This document shows positions 54,827 to 64,000 of a DNA stretch of 64,000 nucleotides, piece by piece. The stretch covers positions 16,182,001 to 16,246,000 of the forward strand of contig JBHGNT010000018.1 in NCBI GenBank assembly GCA_043228905.1, written 5' to 3'. The stretch comes from Azolla caroliniana (taxonomy: Eukaryota; Plantae; Polypodiophyta). The notes beneath the pieces are model-generated. The model was not told the origin of the DNA, searched no databases, and was given only the letters and a program-made list of their open reading frames with translations. Numbering within the stretch: position 1 is the stretch's first letter; each line of letters begins with the position of its first letter. The translations under genes were made by a program, and so were the position numbers.

Positions 54827-55899
54827 TTAAGTTAAGAGCAATTGCCAAATTTAGCTTCTGTTTGGGAAGGATTTTGGGCCCATGGCTACATTTAGCAGAC
54901 AAAAAGAAGGAAGGATCCTCTTGAAGCCAAACCACAAGTACAACCCAAGAGAATGTAATGTGTTATGTAATGTAAAACCAAAACAAAACAAAAAGCAAGA
55001 AATCAAAGGCTCATTGTCCAAGAATTTTGTGGTGGCGGACCCCGAACACACCTTTTTGGCCTCCTCGCTCTGTGTAGCCTTCGATTCATTGGGGGGGGGG
55101 GGGCTCAGGCATTCGATCCAGTCGCGTGGTTTCGGCTCTGTGGATCGAACTGAATACAAATCTCGCGTGATTTAGGCTCCTTCGATCGAACCGAGCATTT
55201 GATCTGCTCGTGTGATTTCGGCTCTTCGGATCAAACTAGCCATTCGATCTGTTCGCACGGTTTCTGGCTCTTCGGATCAGTTGAGCCTATCTAAGGGTTC
55301 TATAATGTTTGTTGGCTTTCTGTGTATTGGATCAACCAAGCATTCGTTTGTTTGCAAGGTATATTGGTTCTTTGGATATCCTAAGCATTTGTTTGTTTGC
55401 ACAATGTTCATTCTTTGGATCAACCAAGCTTCTTCTTATTTTAGTTGGAGTCGACCCGATCTCCGCTCAGGTTGAGTAACATTACCAGACACTTAATGAA
55501 CAAAACTATTGATCATACAAAATGGTTGGGCTCTTTATTAGCATTTATACCTTAGAGTTCGCGTAGGTGCAGTAGACACAACACTCAAATGTATTGGTCA
55601 TAAAACATCACTCATTCTTGTAAAGTTTTAAATTAAATAAAGACACAAATGAACATGTAAAGCTCAGGTAATTCAAACCAAGGGTCCGTTACATTGGGCA
55701 TACATATATGCATGTAGATCCAATAAATACCGGAAAAAAAAACCCGAACATTTGCTACGAAACCATTTTTACAAGCATGTGTGGACAGCAATTTGTGAAT
55801 CTAGGTGTGCTCCACTGACCTGTCATTCACATTAACTTTGTGCATAAAACTCACATGTCATGGGTTGCATGTTGATGTGACAAAGAATGATTGGTTCGA

Positions 55900-56400
55900 A
55901 GAAAATGAAGGACCAAATTTTCATAATTGGATTGTTATAATCAATGCAGCTATAACCGCCTTCCTATCATTTGGATCATTATGAAGAAGAGAAGAGGCTA
56001 CATTGTATCATCAACATAATCATGTGCTACCCATTTCGAATCCCTCTCCAAAATTGTATACTCAATCAACCCATCACAAATGATGAAAATTTAGGGGAGA
56101 TTCTCCTTGGCCCTATGAGTATAGGCATTAGATTTCATATTTTTCTTGAACTTACTAATTGTTGTCAAGAATTGATGTGATTAGACTTTTGTGTTATAAT
56201 CAATAGCTCGCCTCAAACATATTTTGCCCAAATCCTAATTTCATTAGTGTTGCCTCAATAAAACGCCATTAAAACGTATCAAAGGTTTTGTCCATATCCG
56301 ACAATATGGATGTTTTATCCTCAAGGTAGTACTTTGAATACATGATTTCGATTATCGATTGGCAATTTTTCACTCTGCTATTGGCAAAAGATGAAAACCA
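55900..56400 (-). mobile_element. Decayed L1-clade LINE RT remnant
   Basis: Minus strand: ILSDMDKTFDTF*WRFIEATLMKLGFG (like LDxxKAFDxVxWxFL..LGF), a degenerate QGxxPL motif, and AHDYVDDTM (YADD motif). Confidence 0.65.
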
Positions 56401-58313
56401 AATTGAAGTACATGGATCCCATTTGAACCACAACTTTGTACTAAGAAATTGGTTGCAAATGGCATGCACGAGTGTGATAGGTTTGCCCACATCATTGTCA
56501 CGTTGGAGGAATTCATAAGCTTGCTTTCCACGAGGATGACATAATTCTTTTTGTTATGTATTTGTTTAAGTCATGTACCTGTCTAGACATAAAGTTGTTG
56601 ATGCATCTTGCATATTTTCTTCTATCTTGATGACTACGAGACTTCTGATGAGTCTATCTTGTTGTGGAGCTCTTAGCCTATCATATAAGATTATTCCACA
56701 AAATTTGCCACATTCTCTATGTTTTTATTTAGTTTTGAGTTATTTATATACCGCATCCCTCCGTAACATGCACTCGAATAAGAAAATGAATAATGTGATT
56801 GGAGGTTCTATGTTCCAGACTAAGGAGTTAGCTTGTCTTGTTTTGATGATATCGGACCAAGGACATGTATGTATAGTCAGAACATGAACAAATATTTGCA
56901 ACTCCTCACCATTTGTAGTTTTTCTGTCCACATGCTAATTGTGGTTCATATGGAATACTTAACAATAAGACAATTAGAGAAACTTCCCATTAGCCAACAT
57001 TTGAAGACAGTTTGTAATTGTCCTCCTTATATAGATCAATAATAGAATGACAAAGGAGCATAAATATATGATATAACAAAAGCAAGCTTTTATAATAATT
57101 TCCCTACTTAATAAAAATAAACTTGTTTACAAGAAAACCATATACAAAATATGGCTATGATTCTCAAATGTTTATCGAATATGCTCAAACATTGTTGGTC
57201 ATAAAGTGATTCTCTAATAAAGAGATTAGGGAATCAAATAGAGATCCTTTTCTCTTTGGTCAATCTCTTTGTGACTATTATGACCATAATGGATAGAAGG
57301 CGAGTTTTTGTGTACATTAAGGTCAAAATGCACATAGAATGAGTAGATTAGTGGAAGTCTCCCAAGGAACATAATATACGATAACCTCTTTGAATTCCCT
57401 TGATAGTCACTCGGAGAGCGAGAACGATGCAATACACGAGAAATGATATTAGGGAATCACTTTTTGACCGAACATGTATAAGATCACGTTTAAAAAAAAA
57501 TCTCTTTCTTTGATATCTCGATAAAAAGAAGCACAACTTTATCAATTTCACATTTGAATAGTTTTTTTTCAATTAGATGTCACCCAAAGGATACAATGTT
57601 TGAATAAAGAGGATCATATCTAAATAAATTCTTGCACTAGAGAAAAGAAGAAATAAATGTTATTTTAGAGGAAGGTTATCCAAGTAAGCGTGCTTCCTTA
57701 TTTTTAAAATGATCCCTACATGCTTGGTCCGACTTGAGGCTCCTAAGCTCATGAAAAATCAACAATTCAAGTAAATATTAATGAGAATCATAGCCATTTA
57801 ATGTATATGGTCAATGAACCTAATACCCATAATAATCTAGTATAAAAAATGTCATTTTAATCATTTTGCTCCTAATTATACACAAATTCAGCATTGCAAC
57901 TTCTAACTATCTTGAATACAACATTGCTCACTTTCTAACAAGGAGTTTAATTGACATAATTTAAGTTTTTAATTCTATTATTTAGGACATTTTGACATTT
58001 TGATTAAAAGTCATGAGAATGAACGTAGAAATTTTTTTATTGTTCTACATAAAGGTATAATTACATGCTTAATGTTGATTTCTGTGTGATATTGGGATCT
58101 CAACTTTATCTAAAGTAGTCTTATAGATAAGAAACTCTACTTTATGGATTTTGAAATAGGAAAAGAAGATATTGAAATACCCACAAGTTCTTCTTCTTTA
58201 TGCCTTGTTTTCATCATTTTCCCTAAATGCATTTTTGTTAAACCCCTAAAAAAGTAGTTCTATGTGATATTTGAGCGAATATTACATGATCATATGACAT
58301 GGTCCATCTTGTC

Positions 58314-59313
58314 TGTTACATCCCAAAATCAAGATCAAGCTTATCACTCACGTGAACACACAATGGAAACAAACACGGGACAAAAATGCTAGTAAATTAT
58401 ATTCCAACTCAAAATATTACAATAGTCCCATTATTGGGATAAAACCAAAACACGAGTCAAGACGAGTTGAGATAAGTTGGGACGAGTTAGGATGACTCAC
58501 GACAACGCCAAAACTGAATTGAGGGAGAGAGAGCACCGCACTCCTTGAAGCAAAATCTATAAATCCAAGAATGAATGGAGAGAGGAATGACTCCTCCTTA
58601 TGTAAGGCCAAAAATGGCCATTGGGACACAAGGTTGGGACAGACCATGGTGGCACCCCTTTTGGGACTAGCAATGTCCCTCTGGTGAGTCCTAGTCAATT
58701 CTGGGAGTCTATCCCAATTGGGATAGAATAGGGACACCACATTCACTTGGGTCCTCTAGAGCTTGAATCCCATCAAGCACACAAAAATGTTTCAAGCATT
58801 TCGATGCCTTACTCTTGCACCTTGCCTTGCTCGGGCTGCTCTCAATCTTCCCTTCTATGGACCTTTGAGGGAAATCTTTCACTTTGCCTCATGCTCGAGC
58901 ACCTTCCTTGAGCTCGCCTTAGTCCTAATATCATGCTCTAAGGCCCTGTAAGGCCTTCCTTCCATCTTTGTCCTTTGCTCACCTTAGTCCTAATCTTGAT
59001 TGGGCATTCCTTCCTTGAACCACTCTCGATCCTTAGCTCTATGGGCCTTCGAAGGGGTTCCTCTACCTTCACTTATAGCTCGACCACCTTGATCTCAAGC
59101 TCTTGTTCTAAGGTCTTTTGAGGTGCTTCATCCATTTTGGGACTTCATTCTTCTACCTTGATCATGCAAACCTTCACCGAAGAAGCCTTGACTTGAACTT
59201 TGGTATCTAGCGACTCTTCTCCTCCTTCATCGAGCTCCACCTGAGCTCTTGCTACTCAAGAGGAACCCCCCTTCTCGCTTGAGACATTTCCAAGCTAAGT
59301 GTGACCCCCCACA
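58314..59313. mobile_element. Probable LTR-derived segment
   Basis: Begins TGTTACATCCC, a typical LTR terminus, and has LTR-like composition. Right boundary and TSD not established. Confidence 0.4.
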
Positions 59314-59499
59314 TTTGAAGCAAACCTCATTCGAATTGGGATGTTCGTTGCATGTTGCTTCCTAGTGAAACGTTTGAGGCAATGACTTGTTTCCTCTACT
59401 TGCTTCCACTTGGGGCACTCGATGCTTCATTTCTTCCTTGGTGATTTGGCATTGGAGTGCTTCCTTTCTCTAAGGTTGGAAACCTCCAAATCACCCATG

Positions 59500-60349
59500 T
59501 GTTGACACTAGATGTGTATTGGTTGGCTATTGTGTGTGAGGTGACTGATGCGGAAATGTATATGAATCTTGTTGAATGGAGTTAGCACACAAGTAACAAG
59601 TGAGGAGGATATAGTGTATTGTTCCTGTCAAGAAGATATGCACAAAGAGTAAAGAAAGAAGAAGACAATTACGTAGTTATGAGACAAGATGACTGTTGCA
59701 TTACAATCCCATCGAACTACTTTACAAGACTCCGTTCCCTCTTATAAATAGTTAGGGTAACTCAGCCCTAGCTCCCTTTGGGAGTGTTCACATTAGGATG
59801 ATACAATAAATGGGTAGAGTGGGACTTTTAGCCCAACAAACTCCCCTATAAAAGGACTACTCTAATTGTTACAACGAATTAGGGGTTATCTCCCCCATAA
59901 ACTTAAATTACAGATTGAATATAAATTACAATTAGAATATACAAGCCGGTTGGCTAATTGATGAATCAACAGTAGTAGAATCGGCTTGGATTGGCACTTT
60001 GATCCTCCGGCTGTCGGCTCTTCTAGTTGGCTGGTCCTCCTTCTACCCTTCAATCGGCTTTAGGCCTTTTGGCTCTTTGGGACTCAGTGACATTTTTAGT
60101 TTATTTGGCCCTTCGAATTTTTTGACTCGTTTGCTGCTGCTTCTGATTCGGCTCCCTTGGGCAGTCTAAACCGATATTGATGCAAAGAAGCTGACGGATT
60201 GAGGGGCACCAAAGCCGAAGAGGCTGGAAGAGGGATGACAAAAGCCTAAGGAGAAAACAAGCCGATTAGACAGGTTGAGGAGTGCAAGACCGGACGGGTC
60301 GTGGAGCATGAGCCAAGAGGTGAGTTGACAGAAGACACACAAATCAACA
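59500..60349 (-). mobile_element. 3' LTR (59500-59838) plus PPT and 3' internal remnant of a copia-like element
   Basis: Minus strand: AGGGGAGTT PPT, then TGTTGGGC..TCAACA. The AAAAGGACTACTCT..GGGGTTRTCTCCCC block is shared with 62303-62365. Confidence 0.7.
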
Positions 60350-60866
60350 TTGTTATACATTTCATTGCTATAAAAAGTACACAAAGATACACAAATCAAC
60401 ATAACTACCTCACAAAGATAATGAATTACGTAAAATAAATATCGTGTTAATGTTTTTAAGCCAAAACACAAACACGATATTTATCGATAATCATAACCTA
60501 TTCTTGCAAAGTCGATACAATAAGCATAGAACAAAAAATCATATAAATTGAATACTTAATCATCATATATTCCTTAAAGCCCAAAAACATACAAAAATGC
60601 TTATCATATCGTAACTTGTCATACTCAGCATTGTGCATTATGTGTTTACTGCATTGTATTATATATCCCATCGTGGTCGCCAAAAAATGTTAATGGTTTT
60701 AGGGTTAGGGTAGAGGATGAGGATGAATGGTAATGGTGTAATAGTTAAAATGATGGAGAGTATAATGGTGAGAGAGATCATGAAGATGTTGACAAGCGAT
60801 TGAGAAGCATTACGGGGTGGGGGGTGGTGCTTAGAATGGCTCCACCCCCCTCCCAAGGGGGTTCAA

Positions 60867-60874
60867 TGTTAAGG

Positions 60875-60927
<53 letters not shown>

Positions 60928-61169
60928 GATCCTTGTATTCATTCATTCCCCATAAGGGGTTAAATAGGTACAAAGGGGTAGACACACAAGGGTGCAAGCC
61001 CCTTGGGCATTCACACCTAGTCACTCACTCACACCTCTTTGTATCCGCCACACTCACACTTACATTCGCACTCATAATCACATAACATTACACATACATA
61101 TCAACACATTACATCTTTCACCCTCACTTATCACAATTATCAATCACCCATACATCTCGTACGGTAACA
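60867..61169. mobile_element. Possible small solo LTR
   Basis: TGTTA..TAACA termini with (GA)n and CA-rich blocks. No clean TSD. Confidence 0.35.
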
Positions 61170-61175
61170 TTTACT

Positions 61176-62040
61176 TCAATGGCACCATCGCATCCTTCTC
61201 TCTTTCTCTTCAAACCAAAGGTTAAATACATCCCTCCAACAAATGGTTGATGTCTCTTGAGCATTTAAGGATATAAACATCAAAGCATCTAAAATTTCTA
61301 AAGATAAACCATTTCTAATATCATTTTTTATGATATTTTGACATGAAAAGCCTCGTTCACATGCAGATGTACTAATAGGAATAGTCATACATAGTTGCCA
61401 CAATTTCATCATACCTAGAAATAATTGCCACCAAGATTGTGCTTTGCTACAAATATCCCATGCATAATGCATTCCTCTTCCTTCAACAATTCTTACAAGC
61501 ATACCAACAAAATCTTCTCGTTCATTGAAGCATCTTTTCATGTCAACAATTTGGTTCTCAATATTAAACTTCCCAATAAGTTTGTGCAACCATTCCTTCG
61601 TCTTTTTCTTTCTTTCATTTTCCTCAATGGGATATAAAGATGGATTAAACAACTTGACAACATTGAAAAATATAACATTTGGGAAACAATTGTTTAAGGC
61701 ATCAATAACATGTTGGAAAAGGTTTTTCCAATGATAATGCATTAATCCAAACTACCATTTTCCACATTACCATGAAACATATTCAAGTTGAAATCACTAT
61801 CTTCATTCTCACTATCAGAACCACTTATTAGTCCTCTTGATCATTTTGCTACCTTCTTTGGAATTGGTATAAACTTTAATGGATGTGAATGAGTAACATT
61901 ATCACATCCAATATATATGAGTATGCCATCTTTCACATTAGATAGAAAGTTTGTAAGCAACATAAATCCGATGCCAAATGTCACACAAGATAAATAACGT
62001 CTTTGAGGTTTCTCATGGATGATATCCAAGTGAACACCAA
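61176..62040 (-). mobile_element. hAT transposase C-terminal remnant (dimerisation domain)
   Basis: 188-aa ORF 61176-61742 with KLWQLCMTIPISTSACERGFSCQNIIKNDIRNGLSLEILDALMFISLN. Upstream part decayed and cut by the copia LTR. Confidence 0.85.
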
Positions 62041-62044
62041 GCAT

Positions 62045-63133
62045 AGTTGAAGCGTAAGTGTATGAGGATTTGTCTTCGTTCATACTCAGAAAACAACACA
62101 GAAAGAGAAGCAAAGATATACATAGATTGAAGCTTTAATGGAAGCTCTATTACGTTCTCTGTCTCTCTCTCTCTTAGAGACTCGATATCCGATATATGAT
62201 CAAGAAGATTATTCTTTACAACGTTAGGTTATTGCTTATATACTAAGCGGACGAGTTCATACTAGGATACAAAGTGGAGGGAGTCAGCCTTTTATGCCAA
62301 CAAACTCCCCCGTAAAAGGACTACTCTTTCCTACATGTACACGTGTTTGGGGTTGTCTCCCCTGTAAAATTAGATTACAACACTAATCTAGATTTATGTT
62401 ACAAGTCAGTCGACATATAGTCGAGTCGGCATAGGTGAGGTCCATGTCGAGCCTAGCATGGCTCATTATCATGATTGATTCAGTCGACTCTTACCTTCTG
62501 CTCCTTATTCGACTTTCTTCTACTCGGTCGCTTGTCGTAGTCCCATCTTTGTCCTTAGTGCTCCGAAGCGTTGATTTGGGAGTGGCTTTGTCAGGCAATT
62601 GACAATGTTCACTTTGGTGTCGATCTTCCGGACTTCGAGCTTCTTCTCGGCTGTGAGCTTCTGGATGTGATGATACCGCACCTCAATATGCTTCGTCTTT
62701 GCATGATAGACGGGATTGTTGATGAGGTGTATTGCGCTCTTTGCACTTTGTGAGTTGCAATAGATGGTTGGCGCAGGTCGATCGGTTTGGCTTATAGTTG
62801 AGAAGTCGACAAACAGTCGATGCAGCTAGATCGCTTCCTTCGCTGCCTCTGATGCTGCTATGTACTCAACTTCTGTGGTCGACAGAGCCGTGCACTCTTG
62901 AAGTTTCGACCTCCATGATATCGCACCGCCACCATAGATGAACGTGTAACCCGATGTCGATTCCTGATTGTCCGTATTCCTGGCATAGTCGGAATTTGTT
63001 TAGCTTTCGACTTTGGCTGGGGTTGTCAGTCCAAAAGTCAGCTATGTATCTTCGGTCTCTCTTAGGTACCTGAAGTTGTGCTTGACGGCCTCCCAATGCT
63101 TTTGTCCTGGTTTTGACATGTACCGGCTGACCA
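62045..63133 (-). mobile_element. 3' part of a Ty1/copia element (RT end/RNase H, PPT, 3' LTR ~62045-62302)
   Basis: VSRYMSKPGQKHWEAVK, STSGYTFIYGGGAISWRSKLQECTALST, KTKHIEVRYHHI. PPT GGGGGAGTT before TGTTGGC at 62302. Confidence 0.85.
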
Positions 63134-64000
63134 TGTTACCGGCCGGCAAGGAGTCCAAATTACGGAGTGAAGGAATTAATTAGATATGGTTGTAGATGAG
63201 CATAGTGTGGACGGACGGACTGGAAACGGTATGCCGTTCCAGATCCGGACGGATCCCGAATAGGTGCGAGAGGCACCGTTTTGTACTACGGGCCGGAAAC
63301 CTATTTAAAGGCCCGGACCCCATTGTAATGACAGCGGATAATTAATAGAGATTCTGATGTTTATACTTCTGTCTTGATTTCCGTTCTGTAATTACTGTTA
63401 TATCTTACGCGTGTAATTAACCAAAGCAATCTAATCGTGAAACCTACGTAAGTCGGTGTAATCGTTGAATCTTAATCCTATGCCGTAATCACCCTTTGGT
63501 GAAGTGTCTCCGGGACACCTTGTGTTAGGCCTTGTCCGGCTAAGAGAATAACACAGTTTTGGCGACCACGATTCCTGCTTTCTCGCAGCGAACGACGGTA
63601 ATGGATGACTAGACCAACGCACGACTTGGGTACAGACCGAGCTCGACGCCTCGCCGAACGGCAAAGACGGCGTGAGACTTTCCAGCAAGCAGCGCAGGAA
63701 ATTCGCTCGGATCGTTCGTTCTCCAACGAGATCCGGAGAGTCGCGGAGGAATCTCTCCGGTTACGGCAAACTCGCGACCAGGACGACGGAAGCAGTCTAA
63801 GTAGTCTCCGGGAAACCGAACGACTCCTGGAGGCGCTGGCAAGCGGAGAAAACGAGGCAGAAGCCTTTTCAGCCTACGAATCGGATTCCGAAGGGGGATA
63901 CAGCATGCACACGAACTACCGGAGCAGCAACGATACCCCCGGCGGGCCGGAAGACGACGGGTCGGATACCGGGCCGACTCCAGAACCGGAACCGCTCAAC
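63134..64000 (+). mobile_element. 5' end of a Ty3/gypsy (Tat/Athila-like) element nested in the copia RT
   Basis: LTR TGTTA (63134)..TAACA (63553) with TATTTAAA box. PBS TGGCGACCACG at 63560. GC-rich leader runs off the window. Confidence 0.75.

Overview
Eukaryotic plant nuclear DNA, most likely from a large-genome non-seed plant such as a fern (inferred from PPR style, GA-microsatellite density and TE types; not verified). Four intact host genes were reconstructed: a DUF630/DUF632 (NRG2/APSR1/REL2-family) gene (+, 4 exons, 12963-18294), mitochondrial ETF-ubiquinone oxidoreductase ETFQO (+, 17 exons, 29993-38325), an intronless nodulin-related protein (-, 45217-45756) and a DUF863 gene (-, 3 coding exons, 49459-52870). 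The rest is mostly nested or decayed TEs: several Ty1/copia elements (one near full-length, 19625-24733), solo LTRs, a gypsy LTR, RTE and L1 LINE remnants, a hAT transposase remnant, two related hAT MITEs with 8-bp TSDs, a PPR pseudogene fragment and tandem repeats. No CRISPR or prokaryote-type system is present, and I found no clearly new biological system. The most unusual signals are 3 of 21 coding introns needing GC donors, a uORF that mimics the MGCS start of the DUF632 gene, and a duplicated ETFQO upstream unit split by a TIR element carrying tRNA-like A/B boxes.
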